A DNA stretch of 64,000 nt from an uncultured Chloroflexia bacterium (lineage in GTDB: Bacteria > Chloroflexota > Limnocylindria > Limnocylindrales > CSP1-4): NCBI GenBank assembly GCA_963828165.1, contig CAWHDR010000001.1, forward strand, positions 1,152,001 through 1,216,000, in the 5' to 3' direction. The notes under the pieces are model-generated. The model had not been told where the DNA came from, made no database searches, and worked only from the letters and a program-made list of their open reading frames with translations. Shown one piece after another: positions 30,853 to 40,020 of the stretch (positions are counted from its first letter, which is position 1; each line of letters opens with the position of its first letter). Both the position numbers and the translations under genes were made by a program.

Positions 30853-31740
30853 CTACCTGCCGGCATCACGCACGATCGCCACGACGCGCTCAGCGTCTCG
30901 CACGACTCGTTCGCCCCCGGCAGCGTCGGCCATCAGAACCAGATGATCGGAGCCCGCGTCGGCCAGACGGATGGCCAATGCTGACGTGTCCCGAATGGTG
31001 TGTTCGTCCGTGCTCGTCTTGAGTTGCACGGACACCGTGACCTCGCGCGGGTCTCGCCCGATAGCTCCGCAATAGGTTCGAAGCGCCTCAAGCTTCCGAC
31101 TGAAGGCATCGAGATCGAGCCCCTTGGCAGCCGAATGGTTCCAACCATCCGCGTATCGGGCGACGAGTCGCAGACCGATTCGTTCTCCGGCGGTCCCGAG
31201 CCAGATCGGCGGCCCCCCCGACGTGCGCGGAGCAGGCTCGAATACGGCCGTCTTAGGGACTTCGAAAGACCGGTCCTGGCGCGTGACCGGGAGAGTACCC
31301 TCGGCGTGGTCCGGGGCTCCCCACAGCTGTCGGATCGACCGCAGACTGCCCTCGAGCAGGGCCATTCGCTCGGCCAACACCGGCATCGGTAACCCGAAGT
31401 CGGCGGCTTCTGTAACGTGCCAGCCGGCCCCAAGGCCGAGGACGAACCGGCCGTCAGTCGCGTGATCCATCACGGTCGCCATCTTCGCGAGCAACGACGC
31501 GTTCCGGTAAGGAACAGCCATGACCAGGTGACCGATCGTCTTCGACCCGGACCGATGCGCCAGCACGGCCAAGCTCGTCCAGCCCTCAAGGCACGGCCCG
31601 CGACCGGCGATCGGGTAGAGGTGATCGAACGACCAGAGCGAATCGAACGCCTCAGAAGCGCCCGCCGCCGCCCAGGTGCGTTCGAGCGTTTTGAAATCGA
31701 CCCATTGCGGACTGAGTTTCAGGCCAATTCGCATCGGCAT
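30853..31740 (-). CDS. LLM-class F420-dependent oxidoreductase (TIGR03560-like)
   Basis: FDSLWSFDHL, LEGWT, YRNASLLAKMATVMD, LGLGAGW, VARYADGWN. Confidence 0.85.
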   Translation of the reverse strand: MPMRIGLKLSPQWVDFKTLERTWAAAGASEAFDSLWSFDHLYPIAGRGPCLEGWTSLAVLAHRSGSKTIGHLVMAVPYRNASLLAKMATVMDHATDGRFVLGLGAGWHVTEAADFGLPMPVLAERMALLEGSLRSIRQLWGAPDHAEGTLPVTRQDRSFEVPKTAVFEPAPRTSGGPPIWLGTAGERIGLRLVARYADGWNHSAAKGLDLDAFSRKLEALRTYCGAIGRDPREVTVSVQLKTSTDEHTIRDTSALAIRLADAGSDHLVLMADAAGGERVVRDAERVVAIVRDAGR

Positions 31741-31741
31741 C

Positions 31742-32203
31742 CTAGCCGAGGCTCCGAAGGACCTCGGCGTACTCCGCGGGCTCCCGTGGATCGCGGCTTC
31801 CATTGATGACTTTCCAGCGGACGACACCGTCGCGATCCACGATGAACGTCCCTCGGAGGGCCGTGCCCACAGCGCCATCGAGGACGCCATATGCCTCGGC
31901 GACGGCGCCGTGCGGCCAGAAGTCAGACAGGAGCGCGAACGTAAAGCCCTCCTCCTCCGCCCACCGCTTCTGGGATGCGGACTGGTCGACGCTGAGAACC
32001 AGCAGCTGTGTCGCGTCGTTCTGGTAGGCCGATAGGTCGTCGCGCAGCGCGCACAGCTCCCCAGTGCAGGTCCTCGTGAACGCGCCGGGTACGAACAGGA
32101 CGACAACGTGTTTGTTGCCACGGAAACTCGAGAGGCGAACTGGCTGCTTCTGGGTGTCTAGGAGCTCAAAGTCAGGCGCCACATCCCCCACATTGACTGG
32201 CAT
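31742..32203 (-). CDS. Peroxiredoxin, AhpE-like
   Basis: VGDVAPDFEL, PGAFTRTCTGEL, LLSDFWPHG, RGTFIVDRDG. Confidence 0.88.
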   Translation of the reverse strand: MPVNVGDVAPDFELLDTQKQPVRLSSFRGNKHVVVLFVPGAFTRTCTGELCALRDDLSAYQNDATQLLVLSVDQSASQKRWAEEEGFTFALLSDFWPHGAVAEAYGVLDGAVGTALRGTFIVDRDGVVRWKVINGSRDPREPAEYAEVLRSLG

Positions 32204-32251
32204 CGAATCTCCTCACCTCGCCCGGTTGTTGGTCTGTGTGCGACCGTGATT

Positions 32252-32280
32252 AGGATACACTCTCAGCCACTTTGTATACA
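32252..32280. promoter_or_regulatory. Paired operator boxes AGGATACA (32252) and TGTATACA (32273), 21 bp apart
   Basis: The second box is a perfect palindrome; lies between the divergent ahpE-like and LLM genes. Confidence 0.72.
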
Positions 32281-32300
32281 CTAAGGCTGAACATGGCATC

Positions 32301-33326
32301 ATGATTGGAAGGCGTGCCCGCATGGTGGAAAAGTCCCGGATCGGCTTGGAGTTGCCGACCGACTTGTTAACAGGCGGTGAGGTGATCGCCCTCGGACGGC
32401 TCGCCGAGCGCGAGGGCATAGACAGCCTGTGGCTGCAGGAGACGACGACCCGGGACGTCGTATCCCTCGCCGGGGCCCTTTCGCAGGTAACGAGCACCCT
32501 ACGCATCGCGACCGGACCCATCAACGTGTGGACCCGGACGCCCTACCTGATGGCGATGACGGCTTCGGCGCTCGGCGAGCTCACCGATGGCCAATTCATC
32601 CTGGGCCTTTCGCCCGGCCACGCGCGGACAATCGAGACGCACCACGGGTTGGCCCTGATCCCCCTCGACGATGCCCCCGTGCGTGTCCAGGAATTCCTGT
32701 CCATCGTCAGCGGCCTGCTGGCTGGGAAGACTGTGACCCTCGACGGCCGGTATCTACACGTTTCCGAAGCGCGTCTGCCAGGAGCTGGTGCGACTGCCGT
32801 ACCTATCTACATCAACGCGAGACAGGGCGGGGTGCTCGAAGCCGTCGGAGAGATGATCGATGGCGCGATTCTGAGCATCGCCACGCCCCAGTGGGTTCGC
32901 GAGTTCGCCGTGCCTCGTATCGCCGCTGGCGCCGCGCGAGCGGGACGGCAGGCCACGTCCGTCGACGTCGCATACCATCCGGTGCTCTGCCTGCATGAGG
33001 ACGAGCAGCGGGCGATCGACGCCGCACGGGATGTCGTGGCGCCGTACTTCAGGAACGCCGAGGTCATCGAGCTCCTCCGCGCCTACGGCTTTGCCGACGA
33101 AATCGAGCGGATCGAGGCGTCGATGAAGAGTGGCAAGGCGGCAGATCCTTCGGATGAGCTTGTCCGTGCCATTGCCCTGACCGGCTCGCCCCAGGCCGTT
33201 GCCGAGCGGATCGCCACCTACGAGGCAGCCGGCGTCACGAACATGATCCTGCGGCCCTATCCGGTTGGCGGGGAGTCAGCCCGCGAGGCGACCGAACAAG
33301 CGATCGACCGGCTGCTGAGCGGCTGA
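32301..33326 (+). CDS. LLM-class oxidoreductase, Mer-like
   Basis: AEREGIDSLWLQE, IATGPINVWTRTP, FILGL, ALTGSP..V.ERI..Y..AGV. Confidence 0.82.
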   Translation: MIGRRARMVEKSRIGLELPTDLLTGGEVIALGRLAEREGIDSLWLQETTTRDVVSLAGALSQVTSTLRIATGPINVWTRTPYLMAMTASALGELTDGQFILGLSPGHARTIETHHGLALIPLDDAPVRVQEFLSIVSGLLAGKTVTLDGRYLHVSEARLPGAGATAVPIYINARQGGVLEAVGEMIDGAILSIATPQWVREFAVPRIAAGAARAGRQATSVDVAYHPVLCLHEDEQRAIDAARDVVAPYFRNAEVIELLRAYGFADEIERIEASMKSGKAADPSDELVRAIALTGSPQAVAERIATYEAAGVTNMILRPYPVGGESAREATEQAIDRLLSG

Positions 33327-33545
33327 CGACAGTGCGGCGCGCGGCGTCCTCATAAGAAGCCGACTCCTCAGGTCGAAGTTGCCGGGCGGATCTCGTGCAT
33401 CGAGAGGATCTTCACGTGGATGCCGGGGCAACCGCGACATCGATGGGGAGGCGCTGGGTAGAGCCCGAGGATATCGACGTCAAGTCTCGTCCCATAGGAT
33501 GCAAGGTCCAACGCTTTGTGTTCATTCCCCAACGGAGGAGCAGTG

Positions 33546-34262
33546 ATGGCCGAGCGGGTATGGGATCCTTTCCTCTCGGAGCGGGATCGCATCCGTGCGG
33601 GCTTGGGGCCCGCTCGTCGCAAGGGTGCGGGTAGGAAACCGGCGCTCCTCATGGTCGACCTGTATCGCTGGGCGTTCGGCGACACGCCAGAGCCGTTGCT
33701 CGAGGCGATCAAGACGTGGCCCGGCAGCTGCGGCCTGGCCGGCTGGGATGCGCTGCCCCACCTCGAGCGCCTGCTCGGGGAGACGCGAGCCCTCGGCTTC
33801 CCCGTCCTCCACATCACCGGTGCGCCGGACGTGCCCGGCTGGCGGGATGCCACGCCTCACGGCGGTGCGCGCGACGACCCGGCGACCCTGGAGCGTCGCG
33901 GGCGGCGCTACGACATCATGGAGAGTGTCGCGCCGATCGACGGCGAGTTGGTCCTGCGAAAGAGCGCACCCAGCGCCTTTTGGGGGACCTCGCTGGTCGG
34001 GCACCTCATCGGGCTCGGAGTCGATACGGTGATCGTCGCAGGAGAGTCGACGAGCGGGTGCGTACGAGCGACCGTCGTGGACGCCAAGAGCTACCGATTC
34101 AAGGTGATCGTGCCGGAGCCGTGTGTGTTCGACCGCGACGAGGCGTCGCACGCGATCAACCTGTTCGACGTCGACCAGAAATACGCCGACGTCATCCCGC
34201 TCGAGGAGACCCTCGAGTACCTCCGCTCGGTGGCGCCGGATGGCGCGGCCGCAGTCGGCTGA
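33546..34262 (+). CDS. Isochorismatase-family cysteine amidohydrolase (NicF/N-carbamoylsarcosine amidase-like)
   Basis: PALLMVD (Asp), RKSAPSAF (Lys), GESTSGCVRATVVDA (Cys), NLFD..KYADV. Confidence 0.88.
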   Translation: MAERVWDPFLSERDRIRAGLGPARRKGAGRKPALLMVDLYRWAFGDTPEPLLEAIKTWPGSCGLAGWDALPHLERLLGETRALGFPVLHITGAPDVPGWRDATPHGGARDDPATLERRGRRYDIMESVAPIDGELVLRKSAPSAFWGTSLVGHLIGLGVDTVIVAGESTSGCVRATVVDAKSYRFKVIVPEPCVFDRDEASHAINLFDVDQKYADVIPLEETLEYLRSVAPDGAAAVG

Positions 34263-34295
34263 CGGATCGGCCATCCGTTGCGACGGCGAGGGCTC

Positions 34296-34814
34296 CTACT
34301 CCTCGCCGGCCGGGCTGTCCGGGTGGCGTTCGATCTGGTGCAGGCCCATGGCCTTGACGGTAAACGTGTCTTGGATCGCGAGGTAGCGGGCCGTTTCGGT
34401 GTCCGAGTCGTTGAAGTGCTGATGCCACGCCCAGAGCGGGATCCCGATGAGATCGCCCTCCTCCCAGTCGACCCGCTGGACCTCGTCGCCGTCGTAGCCC
34501 ATCGTCGTGTGGCCCTTGCCTTTGACGATGTATAGGACGGCCTCGGTGGTGTGGCGATGGTTCACCGAGGCGTGGCCTGGCGGCAGTTCTGACAGATGTG
34601 GCTGGAGCCGGATCGCACCGGATAGCCGATAGAAACGGGCCATGGTGCCACGGTACTTGCGGGCCACGAGCTCGGTCGTCTTCAGGTCCTTGACGATCGT
34701 CGCTTCGTGCGGTGGATTCTTCTTGTTCCACTGCTCGCGCTGGGTCATCTCGGTGATCGCAGACCCGCTGAGGGGTTGTTCCTCGCGAGTGATCAGCTTG
34801 CTGTCGTCGGACAT
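34296..34814 (-). CDS. Cupin-domain protein (gentisate dioxygenase-like single cupin)
   Basis: HRHTTEAVLYIVKGKG and WEEGD...PLWAWHQH. Confidence 0.82.
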   Translation of the reverse strand: MSDDSKLITREEQPLSGSAITEMTQREQWNKKNPPHEATIVKDLKTTELVARKYRGTMARFYRLSGAIRLQPHLSELPPGHASVNHRHTTEAVLYIVKGKGHTTMGYDGDEVQRVDWEEGDLIGIPLWAWHQHFNDSDTETARYLAIQDTFTVKAMGLHQIERHPDSPAGEE

Positions 34815-34863
34815 TGATCCCTCCTGGGGCGTTTGGGCGAAGTGGTGCCACCGCGGTGCCCAG

Positions 34864-34892
34864 CGTAGACAATATCAGAAGGTTTGTGGACA
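34864..34892. promoter_or_regulatory. Paired operator boxes CGTAGACA (34864) and TGTGGACA (34885), 21 bp apart
   Basis: Between the divergent cupin and XDH-family operon. Confidence 0.68.
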
Positions 34893-34967
34893 TGATGGGG
34901 TTGGACCTTGGTACCATGAATGCTGGCCCGCGCCGGCGGGCACCCGAGTCCTTGCCCGAGGTCGAAC

Positions 34968-35843
34968 GTGATCCCGCGATTCTCGCTGGCCCGTCCATCG
35001 ACGCTGTCCGAGGCGTTCGCGGCCCATGCCGCGGCGGGTGGCGATGCTGCGTATCTCGCCGGCGGGACCGAGCTGCTGCAGGTCATGAAGATGGGCTTCG
35101 CCCAGTTCGGGACACTCATCGATCTCAAAGGGATCGAGGAGCTCCGCGGTATCGAGATTCTGCCCGACGGCCGATTGCGCATCGGCGCTGCGACGACCCA
35201 TCGGACGCTGGAACGCTCGCCCGTCGTGCACGCCCGCGTTCCAGCGCTCGCCCGTCTCGAGGGCCGACTGGCGAACGTCCGCGTCCGGAATACCGGCACG
35301 ATCGGGGGCAACCTCGCCTTCGCCGAACCCCACTCCGATCCAGCCACATTCCTGCTGGCCTGCGGCGCCACCGTCGAGCTAGTGGGGCCGAATGGCCGCC
35401 GGGAGCTGGGGATCGGCGAGTTCGTGCTCGGTCCACTCTTCACGGCGCGTGAACCCGACGAGGTCGTCGTCGCTGTCAACGTCCCCGCCGCCGCACCCAG
35501 GTCGGGTCGGGCCTACGAGAAGATCGCGTTCTTCGAGCGACCCGCGGCGTCGGTCGGCGTGGCGCTGACCGTGACGGACGGGGCGGTTGGTGGCGCGACG
35601 GTCGCGATCGGGTCCATGACGGAGGTTCCGGCCCTCGTCGAGGCGGCCGCTGCCGCGTTCGATGGCGTGGAGGCAAACGAGTCGACCCTCGATGCGGCAG
35701 GCCGAAGGGCCGCGGAAGCCTTTGGCGAGCTCGACGTGATCGCGGATCTCAATGGCTCCGCCGACTACAAGCGACACCTTGCCGGCGTCCTGCTCGGAAG
35801 GGCGGCGCGTAGTGCGCTCGTGGAGGCCCTCGCACGTGCCTGA
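34968..35843 (+). CDS. Xanthine dehydrogenase-family FAD-binding (medium) subunit
   Basis: LAGGTEL, RIGAATT, RVRNTGTIGGNL, DLNGSADYKRHL. Confidence 0.9.
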   Translation: MIPRFSLARPSTLSEAFAAHAAAGGDAAYLAGGTELLQVMKMGFAQFGTLIDLKGIEELRGIEILPDGRLRIGAATTHRTLERSPVVHARVPALARLEGRLANVRVRNTGTIGGNLAFAEPHSDPATFLLACGATVELVGPNGRRELGIGEFVLGPLFTAREPDEVVVAVNVPAAAPRSGRAYEKIAFFERPAASVGVALTVTDGAVGGATVAIGSMTEVPALVEAAAAAFDGVEANESTLDAAGRRAAEAFGELDVIADLNGSADYKRHLAGVLLGRAARSALVEALARA

Positions 35844-36321
35844 GACCATCGACCTCGAGCTGTCCGTCAACGCCAAGTTCCACGCGCTGCGGGTGGAGCC
35901 GCGGGAGACGCTCGGCGAGGTGCTGCGCGACCGGATGTCCCTGACCGGCACGAAGATCTCGTGCGACGCCCAGGTCTGCGGTGCCTGCACGGTGCTCGTC
36001 GACGGCCTTGCCGTCAGCGCCTGCACCTACCTTGCCGCCGACGCCGACGGGCGCGAAGTGCGTACCATCGAGGGCCTCGCGATCGACGGGCAGCTCAGCC
36101 CGGTCCAGCAGGCCTTCATCGACCACGCGGGGTTCCAGTGCGGTTTTTGTACCCCCGGCATGCTGATGGCCGCGACGTCCCTCCTCGATGAGGACCCCGA
36201 CCCGACTCGTGAGGCGGTCATCCACGGCCTGGAGGGCAACCTCTGCCGCTGTACTGGCTACGCCCAGATCATCTATGCCGTGCTCGCGGCGGCCGCGACC
36301 GCGCGGGAGACCAACCGATGA
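35836..36321 (+). CDS. Xanthine dehydrogenase-family 2x[2Fe-2S] small subunit
   Basis: GTKISCDAQVCGACTV...C, QCGFCTPG, NLCRCTGY. Confidence 0.93.
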   Translation: MPETIDLELSVNAKFHALRVEPRETLGEVLRDRMSLTGTKISCDAQVCGACTVLVDGLAVSACTYLAADADGREVRTIEGLAIDGQLSPVQQAFIDHAGFQCGFCTPGMLMAATSLLDEDPDPTREAVIHGLEGNLCRCTGYAQIIYAVLAAAATARETNR

Positions 36322-38615
36322 GACGCGTCACCGCCCGACCGACCCCTCCCTCGCCGATCGGCGAGGCCGTGCCACGGCGCGACGGCGTCGACAAGGTCAC
36401 CGGGTCTGGGCGCTTCACGGTCGACCTCGGGATGCCCGGTCTCGCCCACGCGACGATCGTCCGAAGCCCGTATCCCCACGCGCGGCTCGTCACCATCGGC
36501 ACCGAGGCCGCCCGTCGCCATCCCGGTGTGCTCGCGGTCGTCACGGCCAACGACCTGGCGGATGTCAACCTCGTCTACGGGCACTCGGTCGCGGATCATC
36601 CACTGATCGCCACGGGCAAGGTCCGCTTCGCGGGAGAGCCGGTCGTGGGCGTCGTGGCCGAGGACCTGGTGACGGCCGACGAGGCCGCCCGGCTCATCCA
36701 GGTCGAGTACGAACCGCTCCCGTTCACGACGAACGCCGCGGAGGCGCTGAGCGACGATGCGCCGATCATCCATGAGCAGCCCGGCGAGCAGCGTGCCCAC
36801 CGCGGGTTCCAGGAGGACATCGAGCGGACCCATCCGAACGTGTGCTCGCACTCGCGCCAGGCCTGGGGCGATATCGACGACGCCTTCGCGCGCGCGGATG
36901 TCGTGCTCGAGGGCGAATACCGATACCCGCGCTCCTACGCTTACGCCATGGAGCCGTATAACGCGATCGCTCGATGGGGGGAGGGCGAGCTGACGGTCTG
37001 GACGTCGGGCCAGCATCCCTACATGGTCCGCGAGGACCTCGCGCATTGCTTCGACCTGCCGCTGTCGGCGGTGCGAGTCATCGTCCCGTACGTCGGCGGC
37101 GGCTACGGCAGCAAGTCCTACACGAAGATCGAGCCACTGACCGCGGCGCTGGCATTGCGTGCCGGGCGCCCGGTCCGCCTCGCGCTGTCGATCGAGGAGT
37201 CGATCCTGACGACTCGCGGCGACGCCGCGACCGTCCGGTTGCGCAGCGCGTTCGATCGCGACGGACACATCCTGGGTCGCCAGGCCACGATCCTGCTCGA
37301 CACGGGCGGGTATGCCGAGAACTCGCCGCTCGTCGGCCGCAAGGCCGCCAATCGGCTCGGCGGCCCGTATCGCATCCCGGCGCTCGAAGTCACCTGCTCG
37401 ACGGTCTACACGAATACCGCGCCGGCCAGCTCGTTCCGTGGGTTCGGGGCGCCACAGGTCACGCTCGCCGGCGAATCGCAGATGGACGAGGCGGCCGAGC
37501 GACTCGGTCTCGACAGCCTCGAGATCCGGCGCCGGAACGTGCTCCGCCCCGGCGAGCGGCCGTGGCCGAACGTCCGCGGGATCGACGCCGATCTGCCGGC
37601 TGACCTCGACCTCGCGGCCGAGGAACTGGGTTGGGACACGCCGGTGCCAGCCGGTCGCGGGCGGGCTATCTGCATCTCCGCGTCAGACGCGGGCTCGGAG
37701 CCGATGACGACGTCGGTCCTGCGCGTCCACGCCGACGGCTCGGTGACCGTGACCTGTGGCAGCACCGAGATCGGCCAGGGCTCGTCGACGGTGCTCGCCC
37801 AGATGGCCGCCGGCGAGATCGGCGTGGAGCTCGAGCGAGTGCACCTGCTCCAGAGCGACACGGCCGCGGTCACCTACGACCGATCGACGGGCGCCAGCCG
37901 AACGACCACGCTGATGGGCCTGGCGATCGGGGCGGCCGCGCGCGACGCGCGAACGCAGCTCGTGGAGTGGGCCCAGGAGAGCCTCGCCCCGGACGGACCG
38001 ACGGTCGTCGAGGGCCGGGGCGGCGTGCAGGTCGGCGACACGTTCCACGACTGGGGTGCGGTCGTGCGGTCCTGGTTCGGCGGTGCGGCCGGCGAGGTGG
38101 TCGGGCGCGGCTACATCCGCAAGGCCGGCACGACCGAGGAGATGCCACCGTTCTGGGAGATCGGCTGCGTTGGCGTCGAGGTGTCGGTCGATGAATCGAC
38201 TGGCGAGATCCGGGTCGAGAAGCTCGTGACGGTCGGGGACGTCGGCTGCGCGATCAACCCGCAACTGGTCGAGGGGCAGGACATCGGGGCGGCCATGATG
38301 GGCCTCGGGATGGCGACTCGCGAAGAGCTCGTCTACGAGGACGGCAACCTCATGAATGGCAACCTGTTCGATTACCGCGTGCCGCGCACGACCGACCTGC
38401 CTGAGCTTCGGACCGTGATCGTCGAGCGCGGCGATGGCGTCGGCCTGTATGGCGCCAAGGGCGGCGGCGAGGGGTCGCTGAACCCGGTCGCCGCAGCCAT
38501 CGCGAACGCCGTGTGGCGGGCCGCCGGCATCCGACTGCGGGAGGCGCCGTTCACCCCTGAGCGCGTGTGGAATGCGCTCCAGGCACGCGACCGGGAGTCG
38601 GCCGGCAACGACTGA
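36318..38615 (+). CDS. Xanthine dehydrogenase-family molybdopterin-binding large subunit
   Basis: KVTG, RSPYPHA, VGGGYGSK, SSFRGFG, GSTEIGQG, ASRTT, GAKGGGE. Confidence 0.92.
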   Translation: MRRVTARPTPPSPIGEAVPRRDGVDKVTGSGRFTVDLGMPGLAHATIVRSPYPHARLVTIGTEAARRHPGVLAVVTANDLADVNLVYGHSVADHPLIATGKVRFAGEPVVGVVAEDLVTADEAARLIQVEYEPLPFTTNAAEALSDDAPIIHEQPGEQRAHRGFQEDIERTHPNVCSHSRQAWGDIDDAFARADVVLEGEYRYPRSYAYAMEPYNAIARWGEGELTVWTSGQHPYMVREDLAHCFDLPLSAVRVIVPYVGGGYGSKSYTKIEPLTAALALRAGRPVRLALSIEESILTTRGDAATVRLRSAFDRDGHILGRQATILLDTGGYAENSPLVGRKAANRLGGPYRIPALEVTCSTVYTNTAPASSFRGFGAPQVTLAGESQMDEAAERLGLDSLEIRRRNVLRPGERPWPNVRGIDADLPADLDLAAEELGWDTPVPAGRGRAICISASDAGSEPMTTSVLRVHADGSVTVTCGSTEIGQGSSTVLAQMAAGEIGVELERVHLLQSDTAAVTYDRSTGASRTTTLMGLAIGAAARDARTQLVEWAQESLAPDGPTVVEGRGGVQVGDTFHDWGAVVRSWFGGAAGEVVGRGYIRKAGTTEEMPPFWEIGCVGVEVSVDESTGEIRVEKLVTVGDVGCAINPQLVEGQDIGAAMMGLGMATREELVYEDGNLMNGNLFDYRVPRTTDLPELRTVIVERGDGVGLYGAKGGGEGSLNPVAAAIANAVWRAAGIRLREAPFTPERVWNALQARDRESAGND

Positions 38616-38631
38616 CGGTCCATCAAGCGCC

Positions 38632-39256
38632 TCAGGACCAGCGCCCAGTCTTCGTGTCCCAGGTTCCTGCCAGCTGAACCGCCTCGGCCGACTCCGCCGC
38701 CGCCACGCGTCGGCGGCGCGTTTCGACCGTCTCGCCCCAGCCGGGCGGCACCAGCCGCGGTGCCACGTCCGCCAGCGGCGCCAGCACAAACAGCCGCTCC
38801 CCGGCGTCGCGATGCGGAACTTCGAGCCGGCGGGCAGCCTTGGCCGGATCGGACGCCGCCTCGATCGAGCGCGCCGCGGCCGGCCGGTCGACCACGATCT
38901 TGTGCCGCCCGAAGACCAGGAGGTCCAGATCGAGCTCGCGTGGACCCCAGCGCCCGCGGCGCCGGCGTCCGGCGAGGCGTTCCAGCGCCTTGAGCTCGGC
39001 GAGCAGCGCGAGCGCCCCAGCCGCCGGGTCCGGTCCGGCCGGGAACGTCCACGGCCACGACGGCATTGTGGAAGTCGGGCTGGTCGGTGACGCCCCACGG
39101 CGCCGTGACGTAGAGCGGCGAAACCCCTCGTAGCCGCACCCCTGGCAGGCCCGCGAGGGCCTCGACCGCCCACGCCAGGGTCGCCGGGGCGTCGCCGACG
39201 TTCGCGCCCAGGCCGATGTAGGCGCGGACGCGACGGGTCGCCGAGCGGTCGCTCAT
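38632..39256 (-). CDS. folK: 2-amino-4-hydroxy-6-hydroxymethyldihydropteridine diphosphokinase; frameshift near 39045
   Basis: AYIGLGANVG, SPLYVTAPWG..DQPDFHNAV, then LE...GR...RWGPRELDLDLL, VPH...R.FVLAPLA. Confidence 0.88.
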
Positions 39257-39279
39257 CGGCTGCACCTTACTATCCGGCG

Positions 39280-40020
39280 GTGGATGCACCGCCCCGGACC
39301 GCACGCCGGATCCGCCGGCCCATCGTGGCGAGCGGTGGGGGCGGTTTCTCGCCCATCACCGAACGCTCCGCCGTCGAGGAGCATGTCGTCGCCCTGGCAC
39401 GCGAGGTGCGGGGCCGCGAACGGCCGCGCGTCTGTTTCCTCGGCACGGCGTCCGGCGATGACGACGCGTGGATCGCTCGCTTCCACGAGGTGTTCGCCGA
39501 CATCGCGAAGACGTCGCACCTGGAACTCTTCGACCGGACCGTCGAGGACATCGAACCATTCCTTCTCGGGCACGACGCGGTGTGGGTCGGCGGCGGCAAT
39601 ACGGCCAGCATGCTTGCCGTCTGGCGGGCGCACGGCGTGGACACCGCGCTCCGGAAGGCGCACGACGCCGGCCTCGTCCTGGCGGGGCGTTCGGCAGGAT
39701 CGATCTGCTGGTTCGAGAGCGGAACGACCGACTCCTACGGGCCCACGATCCAGGCGGTGACCGGCGGTCTCGGTCTGATCCCCGGCAGCAACTCCCCGCA
39801 CTACGACGGAGAGCCCCAGCGGCGCCCCGCGTACCACGCGCTCGTGGCGGACGGCTCCCTGCCACCGGGTATCGCCGTCGACGACCTTGCTGCCGCCGTC
39901 TACGACGGTCCGACACTCACCGAGATCGTCGCGGCGCACGACGGACCGGCGGCCTATCGTGTCGAGCGGACCGCCGATGGCGTGGTCGAAACGTTCCTGC
40001 CGGCGCGGGTGCTGCCGTGA
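39280..40020 (+). CDS. pepE: Peptidase E (S51 family)
   Basis: FLGTASGD, VGGGNT, GRSAGSICWF, PHYD. Confidence 0.82.
   Translation: MDAPPRTARRIRRPIVASGGGGFSPITERSAVEEHVVALAREVRGRERPRVCFLGTASGDDDAWIARFHEVFADIAKTSHLELFDRTVEDIEPFLLGHDAVWVGGGNTASMLAVWRAHGVDTALRKAHDAGLVLAGRSAGSICWFESGTTDSYGPTIQAVTGGLGLIPGSNSPHYDGEPQRRPAYHALVADGSLPPGIAVDDLAAAVYDGPTLTEIVAAHDGPAAYRVERTADGVVETFLPARVLP

Noticed and set aside
34968-38615. Aerobic CO dehydrogenase (coxMSL gene order)
   Set aside because: The large-subunit loop reads ASSFRGFG, not AYxCSFR (form I) or AYRGAGR (form II), and no cox accessory genes are present; generic XDH-family hydroxylase
1034-39256. Pseudogenes or programmed frameshifting
   Set aside because: Isolated indels with intact catalytic motifs and no consistent slippery signal; sequencing error is more parsimonious
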